Assembly: GCF_000009965.1 (NCBI RefSeq)
Contig: NC_006624.1
Span: 1,230,001 to 1,262,000 of the forward strand
Direction of reading: 5' to 3'
Length of the DNA: 32,000 bases
Origin: Thermococcus kodakarensis KOD1
GTDB lineage: Archaea; Methanobacteriota_B; Thermococci; Thermococcales; Thermococcaceae
The notes under the pieces were generated by a model. It made no database searches, was not told the DNA's origin, and saw only the letters and a list, made by a program, of their open reading frames with translations. Both the position numbers and the translations under genes were made by a program. Shown piece by piece: positions 1-8,371 of this stretch (position 1 is its first letter; the number at the start of each line of letters is the position of its first letter).

Positions 1-432
1 CTTGAGTTCGGCAGGAAGCTCAAGAAGACTCCAAAGATATTCGCCGTGAACTACTTCCTCCGCGAGAACGGCGTCTGGCTCAACCACAAGCTCGACAAAG
101 CCGTCTGGCTCAAGTGGATGGAGCTCCGCGTACACGGCGACGTTGAGGCCATAGAAACCCCCATCGGCTACATTCCGAAGTACAAGGACCTAGCCAAGCT
201 GTTCAAGGACGTCCTTAACAAGGAGTACACAAAGGAGGACTACGAGAGGCAGTTCAAGATAAGGGTTCCAGAGTTACTGGCGAAGATAGACAGAATCGAG
301 GAGATTTACAGAAAGCTAGACAACGTCCCTGAGGAGCTGTTCAAAGTTCTTGAAGAGGAGAGACAGAGGCTCCTTGAGGCCAGGGAGAAATACGGGGACT
401 ACATAAGCCCCTTCGCCCTTGAGGGCGAGTGA
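1..432 (+). CDS. pck: GTP-dependent phosphoenolpyruvate carboxykinase, C-terminal fragment (5' end lies upstream of the window)
   Basis: Frame 1 is open from base 1 (LEFGRKLKKTPKIFAVNYFLRENG...), so the tracked M at 46 is an internal GTG. The FAVNYF...WLKWMELR...IGYIPKY tail is typical of GTP-PEPCK C-termini as I recall them. A T-rich terminator follows. Confidence 0.8.
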   Translation, partial: LEFGRKLKKTPKIFAVNYFLRENGVWLNHKLDKAVWLKWMELRVHGDVEAIETPIGYIPKYKDLAKLFKDVLNKEYTKEDYERQFKIRVPELLAKIDRIEEIYRKLDNVPEELFKVLEEERQRLLEAREKYGDYISPFALEGE

Positions 433-435
433 GCC

Positions 436-449
436 TTTTCTCCTTTTTT
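436..449 (+). terminator. oligo-T terminator after pck
   Basis: TTTTCTCCTTTTTT lies directly after the TGA at 430-432. Archaeal termination occurs at oligo-T runs. Confidence 0.55.
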
Positions 450-472
450 CGTCATTCGACGAGCGGCAAGAC

Positions 473-480
473 TTTTTAAG
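473..480 (+). promoter_or_regulatory. TATA-like box of the phosphorylase gene
   Basis: TTTTTAAG lies about 42 nt upstream of the ATG at 522, and the expected TSS is near 503-506. Confidence 0.5.
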
Positions 481-496
481 TCCCACTCCTATTGGG

Positions 497-513
497 TATC
501 ACCGAAGATGATA
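497..513. promoter_or_regulatory. Thermococcales glycolytic motif (TGM)-like operator
   Basis: TATCAC-CGAAG-ATGATA matches the consensus TATCAC-N5-GTGATA at 11 of 12 defined positions. It sits between the TATA box and the start codon. Confidence 0.6.
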
Positions 514-521
514 CACGGGTG

Positions 522-3020
522 ATGGCTATGGTGAACGTTTCCAATGCCGTTGAGGATGAAATAAGGAAGAAGCTCCCGTATCCGCTTGGAGACCTCGCCG
601 ATCTGGCCTACAACTACTGGTGGAGCTGGAACAGGAGGGCCACGAAGCTCTGGGAGTACATTGACCCTGAGCACTGGAGGGAGTACAAGAACCCAGTAAA
701 GCTGCTCCTCGACACTCCAGAGGAGCGGTTTAAGGAGCTCGTCCGCGACGACGACTTCATGAACCTCTACGAGCTGGTGATGGATCAATTCCACGCCTAT
801 ATGAACCCGCGCTCGACCTGGTTCTCCACCAACTACCCCAAGTGGGACAAGCCCATAGTCTATCTCTGTATGGAGTACGGCATAAGCAAGAGCCTGCCAA
901 TTTATTCTGGCGGTCTTGGAATCCTCGCCGGAGACCACGTGAAGACCGCGAGCGACCTTGGACTTCCCTTCATAGCCATAGGCCTCCTCTACAAGCACGG
1001 CTACTTCAGGCAGGAGATCGACAAAGACGGCAGGCAGGTTGAGATATTCCCCGAGTACAAGCCCGAGGAGATGCCGATAAAGCCCGTCCTCGACAGGGAA
1101 GGAAAGCCGCTCCGCATTGAGGTTCCGATTGGGGAGGGGATTGTCTATGCAAGGGCCTTTGAGGTAAACGTCGGCAGGGTGAAGCTCTACCTCCTCGACA
1201 CCGACGTCCCAGAGAACAGCCCCGACGACAGGACGATCTGCGACTACCTCTACAACGCCGAGATGGACAAGAGGATAAAGCAGGAAATCCTCCTTGGAAT
1301 CGGCGGGATGAGGCTTCTCAAGGCCCTTGAAATCGAGCCTGGGGTCATTCACCTCAACGAGGGGCACCCAGCCTTTGCGAACCTCCAGAGGATAGCCTGG
1401 TACATGGAAGAGGGTCTGACCTTCACCGAGGCCCTGAGCATCGTGAGGGGAACGACAGTCTTTACAACCCACACGCCGGTTCCAGCAGGCCACGACAGGT
1501 TCCCGATCGAAGAAGTCAAGAAGAGACTCGCAAAGTTCCTTGAAGGAAGAGAGGAACTCCTTGAACTCGGAAGAGAGGGAGATCAGCTCAACATGACCCT
1601 TCTTGCCATAAGAACATCCAGCTACGTTAACGGCGTCAGCCAGCTCCACGCTGAGGTAAGCAAGAGGATGTGGAAGGATCTCTGGCCGGGCGTTCCGCTC
1701 AACGAGATACCGATAGAAGGAATCACGAACGGCGTCCACACCATGACATGGGTGCACAACGAGATGAGAAAGCTCTTTGACAGGTACATCGGCAAGGTCT
1801 GGAGGGAACACACGAACCTTGAGGGCATCTGGTACGCCGTCGAGAGGATTCCTGACGAGGAACTGTGGGAAGCCCACCTCCAGGCAAAGAGGGAGTTTAT
1901 AGACCTCCTGAGAAGGAAGGCCATAGAGAGAAACAAGAGGCTCGGGGTAGACGACCCCATACCAAACATAGACGAGAACGCCCTCATAATAGGATTCGCG
2001 AGGAGGTTCGCGACCTACAAGCGCGCTACACTTCTCCTCACGGACCTCGAGAGGCTGAAGAAGATTGTGAACAACCCGGAGAGGCCCGTTTACATAGTCT
2101 TCGGCGGCAAGGCCCACCCGAGGGACGATGGAGGAAAGGAGTTCCTCAGGAGAGTATACGAGGTCTCCAAGATGCCCGAGTTCAGGGGTAAGATATTCGT
2201 GATGGAGAACTACGACATGGGCAGCGCGAGGCTCATGGTGGCAGGCGTCGATGTCTGGCTCAACAACCCGCGCAGGCCTATGGAAGCCAGCGGGACGAGC
2301 GGAATGAAGGCCGGGCTGAACGGCGTTCTGAACGTCAGCATCTACGACGGCTGGTGGGTCGAGGGCTACAACGGAAAGAACGGCTGGGTCATTGGAGAAG
2401 AAACTACCGAACCTGAAACGGAAGCGGACGACCCGAAGGACGCTGAGAGCCTCTACACCCTGCTTGAGGAGGAAGTCATACCAACCTACTACGAGAACAG
2501 GGCAAAGTGGATATACATGATGAAGGAGAGCATAAAGAGCATAGCCCCGCGCTTCAGCACCCACAGGATGGTCAAGGAGTACATGGACAGGTTCTATTCC
2601 AAGGCCATGAGCAACTACATCTGGCTCACAAGGGAAAACTACAGCGGCGCAAAGGAGATAGCGGCGTGGAAGGACAGGGTTAGGGCCTCGTGGGACAAAG
2701 TGGAGATAAGGGACGCCAAGGCCGAGGGCAACAGGCTTGAGGTAAGGGTTTACCTCGATGGTCTCAAGCCGGAGGACGTTGAGGTTGAGCTCTACTACGG
2801 CGTCAGGGCGCAGGGCTACGAGATTGAAAAGCCCCACATCGTTGAGCTCAGACACCCAGAGCAGGTGGGAGAGGGTGAATGGCTATACACCTACGAAGGA
2901 AACGCCCTCAGACACCTGGGAGACCCGTGCTGGCACTACGCGGTCAGGGTTCACCCGCACCATGAAAAGCTTCCGCACAGGTTCCTGTTGGGTCTGGTCA
3001 AGTGGAAGGGACTTGACTGA
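522..3020 (+). CDS. malP: alpha-glucan (maltodextrin/glycogen) phosphorylase, GT35
   Basis: The 492 start is a TTG inside the promoter, so I chose ATG 522; ATG 528 is better spaced from GGGTG and is equally possible. GT35 hallmarks are HLNEGHPAF, FTTHTPVPAGHD and the PLP-lysine motif EASGTSGMKAGLNG. Confidence 0.93.
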   Translation: MAMVNVSNAVEDEIRKKLPYPLGDLADLAYNYWWSWNRRATKLWEYIDPEHWREYKNPVKLLLDTPEERFKELVRDDDFMNLYELVMDQFHAYMNPRSTWFSTNYPKWDKPIVYLCMEYGISKSLPIYSGGLGILAGDHVKTASDLGLPFIAIGLLYKHGYFRQEIDKDGRQVEIFPEYKPEEMPIKPVLDREGKPLRIEVPIGEGIVYARAFEVNVGRVKLYLLDTDVPENSPDDRTICDYLYNAEMDKRIKQEILLGIGGMRLLKALEIEPGVIHLNEGHPAFANLQRIAWYMEEGLTFTEALSIVRGTTVFTTHTPVPAGHDRFPIEEVKKRLAKFLEGREELLELGREGDQLNMTLLAIRTSSYVNGVSQLHAEVSKRMWKDLWPGVPLNEIPIEGITNGVHTMTWVHNEMRKLFDRYIGKVWREHTNLEGIWYAVERIPDEELWEAHLQAKREFIDLLRRKAIERNKRLGVDDPIPNIDENALIIGFARRFATYKRATLLLTDLERLKKIVNNPERPVYIVFGGKAHPRDDGGKEFLRRVYEVSKMPEFRGKIFVMENYDMGSARLMVAGVDVWLNNPRRPMEASGTSGMKAGLNGVLNVSIYDGWWVEGYNGKNGWVIGEETTEPETEADDPKDAESLYTLLEEEVIPTYYENRAKWIYMMKESIKSIAPRFSTHRMVKEYMDRFYSKAMSNYIWLTRENYSGAKEIAAWKDRVRASWDKVEIRDAKAEGNRLEVRVYLDGLKPEDVEVELYYGVRAQGYEIEKPHIVELRHPEQVGEGEWLYTYEGNALRHLGDPCWHYAVRVHPHHEKLPHRFLLGLVKWKGLD

Positions 3021-3174
3021 TTCCTTCCCTTTTCCAATATAACAATTCGTTCTTTTTCCCCACCAAATACAAATAAATTAGTACCGAAGTTATAGATTAG
3101 CCCAAAATTAACAAGGGCAATAGTTTTAAGGATTACTTCGGTAAACTTCCCGATATAATAATGGGGGTGATAAA

Positions 3175-4485
3175 ATGGATCAGACACAGAAGTGGACGAT
3201 GTATCTGATATTCCTCGTGGCTGGATTCGCAACGGGAATTGGGAGCCTCGGCCTGTTCCCACAGTTCTGGCTCCACTACGGGCTGACTGGCCTGGTAGTG
3301 CACCTCGGATTCCTGCTGGTGTTCACTTTGGTGGCCATATTTGAAACAGAAAGGGTAATGAAGTCTGGCTACTACTTCGTAGAGCTGTACAGAAAAGTCC
3401 TTCAGAGACCAGCGATGATACTCGCCATCGCAGTAACTATAATAGCATTCCTATCTTACTACACGGCAAACGTTATGCTAATTCTTCTTGGTCCGTACGT
3501 TGGTACTGAAACCATCGGCAGGCTCGTAGCGAAGATCATAATGCTGGCGCTGATATTCGTGATAATAACGAGGGCAAAGGAAAAAACTTTCACAATCATG
3601 TCCCTTGGATCGCTGTTCTTCATAGCGGTTGCTATCATTACTGCCATCCTTTTCAAAGTCAAAATACCCCCAACGGCGGCCTTCCTTGCAACTGCAAAGC
3701 ACATGGCCTACAGCTGGCAGCCTTTAAGCCTCTCACTGATTAGAGCAGCCGCCGAGAGGGCACTTTACGGCGTTGGACTTGGCTTCGGCTTCTACATAAT
3801 GCTTGGCAGTTTCATAAACGAGCGCTTCAACGCTAAGACGATCATAGGAGTCGGTATCCTAATGCAGGTGGTAGTGAGCCTTTTGGCTACCCTGACAATT
3901 ATCTACGCAATAGCCCCCAGCAGTCCCGAGAGGCTTTTCTTCTACGCATATGGGGGAGAAGAAGACGCTCTCCAACTTATAAAGGACTTACCAGACATAC
4001 TATCTGGATATTCCTACCTACTAATCCTAATAGGGCTCTCCATATTCTTCGCAGGGCTTACAAGCATACTGCCCACAGCTGAGGTTGGAGTTCAGATAAT
4101 AGCGTCCGTGTTCAGAATTTCCAGAACAAAAGCGGCCACGTATCTCATAGCAGCATCACTGCTCCTCGGCATTCCAGATTCGGTTCCATCCGTAGCCGAT
4201 ATGATGCTAAGAGCAGTTACCATAGCCACGTTCTTCATGGCAATATATGAGCTGTACCCAGTAATATCCAGCAGGGCGCTTAAGATTCTGAACTCAAAGC
4301 TGTCGCCGCTTGAAATGGGAGTTGCTGCAGTGGCCATTACGTTCTTCATAGTCGAGGGCCTTTACTCAATGTACACAGCAGCAAAAAAGGGAGACTTGTA
4401 CCTCCTCTCTCCAGTGATCGCCCTGATAATAATTCTGTTTGGTATATTAGGCGACAAAATATGGGTTACGGAAGCCCCCGAGTGA
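3175..4485 (+). CDS. polytopic membrane protein, divergent neurotransmitter:sodium symporter (NSS/SNF)-like paralog
   Basis: RBS GGGGGTGATAAA precedes the ATG. There are roughly 11-12 hydrophobic segments. The TM1-like AGFATGIGSLGLFP and TM8-like FFAGLTS segments align with AGNAVGLGNFVRFP and WFAGFTS of the canonical NSS gene at 27343. Confidence 0.7.
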   Translation: MDQTQKWTMYLIFLVAGFATGIGSLGLFPQFWLHYGLTGLVVHLGFLLVFTLVAIFETERVMKSGYYFVELYRKVLQRPAMILAIAVTIIAFLSYYTANVMLILLGPYVGTETIGRLVAKIIMLALIFVIITRAKEKTFTIMSLGSLFFIAVAIITAILFKVKIPPTAAFLATAKHMAYSWQPLSLSLIRAAAERALYGVGLGFGFYIMLGSFINERFNAKTIIGVGILMQVVVSLLATLTIIYAIAPSSPERLFFYAYGGEEDALQLIKDLPDILSGYSYLLILIGLSIFFAGLTSILPTAEVGVQIIASVFRISRTKAATYLIAASLLLGIPDSVPSVADMMLRAVTIATFFMAIYELYPVISSRALKILNSKLSPLEMGVAAVAITFFIVEGLYSMYTAAKKGDLYLLSPVIALIIILFGILGDKIWVTEAPE

Positions 4486-4501
4486 GGGGGCTTTTATCTT
4501 T

Positions 4502-6223
4502 TCACTTGTGGGCAAAAATCGCAACAACTTTCTCTGGCCTGACGTCGTCGATTCTAACGAAGCCGAAGCGCTCGAACTGGACGATGTCGTCCACCTTAAC
4601 GTCCGCGTCGCTCTCAAGAAGCCCCTCCCTGATGATCAGCTCGTCTCCCTCGGGAACCCAAACCTCACAGGCCTTTCCTTCCGTGACCCAGTGAACCATC
4701 CTCCAGCGGTTCTCCCTCGCGACTTCGTATTCAAAGCTGTGGAACCTGGCCCTAATGCCGTTCTCGTTCACTTCCATGATTTCAACGTTGAAGAGATCCT
4801 TGAGGCGGACGAAGTTTCCAGGCTTGAACAGCTCCATGTCGTCCTTTGAGACGTAGACCGGCTTATCTGGCTCAAACTTGAGCCTCCTAACTCCCCTCTC
4901 CGGGTAATCTGGATGGAGGGGTATCTCAGCCGTGAACTCCTGAGCACCTTCAACGTACATCGGAATCGGATCGGCAACGAAGAAGTAGCGATTGGCTATC
5001 GGCTCGATTATCTTCCTGTTTATCGCCGCGAGGTTGTCCCAGCTTATAGTGGTGTCGCTCCTCTTGAGGCCGACCTCTATGATGAGCTCCCTTATGGCTT
5101 CAGGTTTTATGCCGCGCCGTCTAAGGGCCCTTATTGTTCCAAGGCGCGGGTCGTCCCAGCCGAGGTACTTGCCTTCTTCGATTCCCTTTCTCGTCTTGGA
5201 TTTGCTGAGGATCACGCCCTCGATTGAAAGCCTTCCGTGGTGGACGGTAACGGGATACTCCCAGCCAAAATACTCATAGACATACCTCTGCCTCGTCTCG
5301 TTCTCTGCATGCTCCTGTCCGCGGAAGATGTGGGTGACCCCAAGCTCGTGGTCGTCAATGGCAGAGGCGAAGTTGTAGAGCGGCCAGACGCGGTACTTGT
5401 TTCCAGTCCTCGGATGGTTCGGGTTGTCTATTATTCTGAGGGCTGGCCAGTCCCTTACGGCAGGATTCGGGTGGTTGAGGTCGGTCTTTATCCTCACCAC
5501 CGCCTCGCCCTCTCTGTATTCGCCGTTGAGCATCTTCCTCCAGCGTTCGAGCTGGACTTCAACTGGCTCCTCCCTGTGGGGGCAGGCTATCCCCTTATCC
5601 CTGAGCTCGCGGAACTTCTCGGGCGGGCAGGTGCAGACGTAGGCCTTGCCCATCTTTATGAGCTTCTCAGCGTAGTCGTAGTAGATTTCAAGCCTGTCGC
5701 TCGCTATGTGGATCTCATCTATCCTGAAGCCGAGCCATTCGAGGTCCTCCTTTATCCACTCGTAGAATATCGGCTCAGGCCTCTTGACCTTGGGGTCTGT
5801 GTCATCGAAGCGGAGAATGAACTTGCCGTCGTACATCCTGGCGTACTCATGGCTAAGGATCGCTGCCCTAGCGTTCCCGAGGTGGAAAGCACCGTCGGGG
5901 TTCGGGGCAAAGCGGGTAACGACCTTACCCCTCTCGGCCTTCGGGAGCGGGGGAAGACCCTTCTTTTCCTCTTTTTTCTCATTCTTCTCTTCAAAGAACT
6001 CTGGATAGATTTCTCTAAGCTTTGCCTCCTGCTCCTCAAGTGAGAGGGAGTTCACTTCATTAACGACCTCGTTCACAAGGGGAATTATCTCCTTTGCCCT
6101 CTTTCTAAGCTCTGGGTTCTCACCGAGGACTTTGCCGATGACCGCCTTCGGGTTTGCCTTTCCCCTGTGCGTGTAGGCGTTGATGAGCGCGTACTTCAGG
6201 ACAAGCTCCCTAATTTCCTCCAT
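4502..6223 (-). CDS. gltX: glutamyl-tRNA synthetase (archaeal type)
   Basis: Class I HIGH variant (GAFHLGNARAA), FILRFDDTDP, and a KMSKS-like ILSKSK. A TATA box (CTTTATAA, plus 6257-6264) and a GGTGG RBS lie upstream. Confidence 0.93.
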   Translation of the reverse strand: MEEIRELVLKYALINAYTHRGKANPKAVIGKVLGENPELRKRAKEIIPLVNEVVNEVNSLSLEEQEAKLREIYPEFFEEKNEKKEEKKGLPPLPKAERGKVVTRFAPNPDGAFHLGNARAAILSHEYARMYDGKFILRFDDTDPKVKRPEPIFYEWIKEDLEWLGFRIDEIHIASDRLEIYYDYAEKLIKMGKAYVCTCPPEKFRELRDKGIACPHREEPVEVQLERWRKMLNGEYREGEAVVRIKTDLNHPNPAVRDWPALRIIDNPNHPRTGNKYRVWPLYNFASAIDDHELGVTHIFRGQEHAENETRQRYVYEYFGWEYPVTVHHGRLSIEGVILSKSKTRKGIEEGKYLGWDDPRLGTIRALRRRGIKPEAIRELIIEVGLKRSDTTISWDNLAAINRKIIEPIANRYFFVADPIPMYVEGAQEFTAEIPLHPDYPERGVRRLKFEPDKPVYVSKDDMELFKPGNFVRLKDLFNVEIMEVNENGIRARFHSFEYEVARENRWRMVHWVTEGKACEVWVPEGDELIIREGLLESDADVKVDDIVQFERFGFVRIDDVRPEKVVAIFAHK

Positions 6224-6256
6224 CTTTGACCACCGGGAAAAGAAGAGGTGGGGACG

Positions 6257-6264
6257 TTATAAAG
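6257..6264 (-). promoter_or_regulatory. TATA box of gltX
   Basis: The minus strand reads AAACTTTATAACG about 35 nt upstream of the ATG at 6223. Confidence 0.5.
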
Positions 6265-6271
6265 TTTAGTC

Positions 6272-6454
6272 CTAGTGTTCCCCGTATTTAGGTGTTTCTT
6301 CAATTTTCTCTTCTAGTTCTTTCCAGCCCTCATGGAGCAGGATCACAAACCCGACGATCCCAAAGAGAAGTCCGAGCAGTCCAAACTGAAAGAGCGTCAG
6401 CAGGATGGCCCAGAGCAGCACTCCAATCGCAAAGAGCAACACATCAACCCTCAT
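6272..6454 (-). CDS. small hydrophobic membrane protein (60 aa; possibly 84 aa from GTG 6526)
   Basis: MRVDVLLFAIGVLLWAILLTLFQFGLLGLLFGIVGFVILL gives two clear TM helices. ATG 6454 is preceded by GGGGATG. The longer form would start at a GTG overlapping the dnaG stop (GTGA), but that stretch is also T-run rich and terminator-like. Confidence 0.5.
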   Translation of the reverse strand: MRVDVLLFAIGVLLWAILLTLFQFGLLGLLFGIVGFVILLHEGWKELEEKIEETPKYGEH

Positions 6455-6522
6455 TATGACATCCCCAGAAGAAAGTTTACCTTCAAAAGTTAAAAATATT
6501 GTGAAGAAAATTAGAAAAGGAA

Positions 6523-7917
6523 TCACTCAGCGAAAGTGATGATCTTGAGGCTGACGGGCCTTCTAACGACGTTGTACTTGCGAGCGCCTACGATATACTT
6601 AACTCCGCTTTCACTGACAGTATCAATGAGCCTCTGGGTTATCACACCGTTGAAGACAACAGCGTAGACGTCCTTGCGCTCTTTCAGCTGGTTCGTCAGC
6701 TCCCTCACTGGGATCTCGGCTATTACGTTCTTGTTCTCGTCGAGGAGCAGCGCAATGCCGTCCTTCTTTACCCTCTCTATAAACTCCCTGAACTCTTCAA
6801 GCTCAGGTGCACTCTTCGACGTTTCAATGGGCTTTACTATCTTCTCGGCCGAAGGCCTAACGACGGTAGCTGGCTCCCTCTTTTCTTCGGGAGTTTCAGC
6901 CTTGGGCTGAGCCTTAACGACTTCAGGTTCGGGCTTGGTCACCTGCCTTGGCTGCCTCTCACCCTCGCTCTCCCTCTCCCTGATCAGCTCGTAGAAACTT
7001 CTGCCCTTGTTGAACATCTCGTTGATGACCTGCTCAGCCGGTACCTTGCTCCTAAGGGCCTTCACGATCTCCTTCTTGGTGAGCTCTTCAACTTCCTTGC
7101 CCTCAGGTGCCCTGGCAACGTAGTCAACATCCGCCACCTGGAGAAGCTCCTTGAGGATGAGCTCACCGCCGCGGTCTCCGTCTGTGAAGGCCGTAACTAT
7201 TCTCTCCTTGCTGAGCTTGATTATCGTCTCGGGTATTGAAGTTCCCTCGACGGCTATGGCGTTCTTTATGCCGTGCTTGAGCAGGTTGAGAACGTCAGCC
7301 CTTCCCTCAACGACGATGATTGAGTCGGAGAACGGCACGTGCGGGCCAGCTGGCAGCTTCTCCGGGCCGTACTCGATCAGCTCCTTGGCACGGACGGCCT
7401 TCTTAACCTCTTCGGTTATCTCCTGAGTCTCTGGTATCTCCTGCTCCATCAGGGTTTCAAGTATCTCCTTCGCCCTCTCAATGATGTACTTTCTCTTTGT
7501 AGCCCTGACGTCCTCAATGCGGAGAACCTTTATCCTGGCCTCTGCTGGTCCAACCCTGTCAATGGTCTCCAAAGCAGCGGCTAGAACCGCGGTTTCGACC
7601 CTATCCAGGCTCGACGGAACCGTTATTGTTCCGTATGTCTTGCCAGCCTTGTTGTGAACCTCAACCCTTATTCTGCCGATCCTTCCGGTTTTCTGGAGTT
7701 CCCTCAGGTCGAGGTCGTCTCCAAGAAGACCTTCGGTCTGACCGAAGATTGCACCAACGACGTCGGGCCTTTCAACGACACCGTTTGCCTCAAACTCAGC
7801 GTAAATGACGTACTTGGTCGTTCCGAACTCGTCCTTTCCGGACATACTATCACCTTCCTTGACCTTTTTTCGTTTTTCGGACAAAATCTGCTGGAGCACG
7901 GTTTTCTTCCTCTTCAT
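6523..7917 (-). CDS. dnaG: archaeal DnaG-type primase / exosome-associated Toprim protein
   Basis: N-terminal YVIYAEFEANGVVERPDVVGAIFGQTEGLLG is followed by a Toprim core (IIVVEGRADV...FTDGDRGGELI). An alternative start at ATG 7845 has a strong GGAAGGTGATAGT RBS. The 7917 start overlaps the upstream stop by 4 nt. Confidence 0.9.
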   Translation of the reverse strand: MKRKKTVLQQILSEKRKKVKEGDSMSGKDEFGTTKYVIYAEFEANGVVERPDVVGAIFGQTEGLLGDDLDLRELQKTGRIGRIRVEVHNKAGKTYGTITVPSSLDRVETAVLAAALETIDRVGPAEARIKVLRIEDVRATKRKYIIERAKEILETLMEQEIPETQEITEEVKKAVRAKELIEYGPEKLPAGPHVPFSDSIIVVEGRADVLNLLKHGIKNAIAVEGTSIPETIIKLSKERIVTAFTDGDRGGELILKELLQVADVDYVARAPEGKEVEELTKKEIVKALRSKVPAEQVINEMFNKGRSFYELIRERESEGERQPRQVTKPEPEVVKAQPKAETPEEKREPATVVRPSAEKIVKPIETSKSAPELEEFREFIERVKKDGIALLLDENKNVIAEIPVRELTNQLKERKDVYAVVFNGVITQRLIDTVSESGVKYIVGARKYNVVRRPVSLKIITFAE

Positions 7918-8315
7918 TGGATTCCCTCCAGCAGGGGGTCAGAAACGGAGACAACCCGAAGGTAGAGGCCGTACAGGTCTTCAACGCCCTTTATGTCCTT
8001 TCTGACGAGCTTCCTGAGCTCCTTCCACGTCTCTATGTCCACACTGCAGGGATAGCCGGCCAGATAGTTGAGGAGTTTTTTGGCCAGCTCTTCCCCCTTC
8101 TTATCAAAGTCTGTGAGTATCATGACCTCTTTGTGGGATGATGCAATGAGCGCCACCTCGGACAGGGGAAGGCGTGAGAGCCTTATTATCTCCGCTCTGA
8201 CCCCCAGATTCCTTAGAGCCACCTCGTCTCGCAGGCCCTCCACTATGAGGGCACCCTCAAACTCTCGCAGTTTGTCTATAAGCTCCAGGAACCTTTTATA
8301 GTTTTCGGGGTACAT
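7914..8315 (-). CDS. small stand-alone Toprim-domain protein (UPF0292-like)
   Basis: ALIVEGLRDEVAL (Toprim Glu) plus ILTDFDKKGEE (DxD). 133 aa, with a 4-nt overlap with dnaG. Confidence 0.8.
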   Translation of the reverse strand: MYPENYKRFLELIDKLREFEGALIVEGLRDEVALRNLGVRAEIIRLSRLPLSEVALIASSHKEVMILTDFDKKGEELAKKLLNYLAGYPCSVDIETWKELRKLVRKDIKGVEDLYGLYLRVVSVSDPLLEGIQ

Positions 8316-8371
8316 GAGACCCTCGCAGGTAGATACTCACTGGAGTTATAAGGTTTTGGGTCTATGTGTAT

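Noticed and set aside
489-2855. 788-aa ORF antisense to the phosphorylase gene, plus similar long antisense or off-frame ORFs (e.g. 5237-6043, 12702-13112, 13109-13666, 15343-15824, 16333-16962, 17629-18189, 20397-20957, 22495-23292, 25543-25977, 25981-27009, 30186-30608)
   Set aside because: These are shadow ORFs produced by GC3-biased coding on the opposite strand. Their products are low-complexity (Val/Leu/Pro/Arg-rich), they lack RBS and promoter, and each is fully covered by a gene with unmistakable family motifs.
3459-4349. Short antisense ORFs inside the membrane-protein gene (3459-3704, 3478-3702, 4092-4349)
   Set aside because: They lie opposite a well-supported polytopic membrane gene and have no start-site signals.
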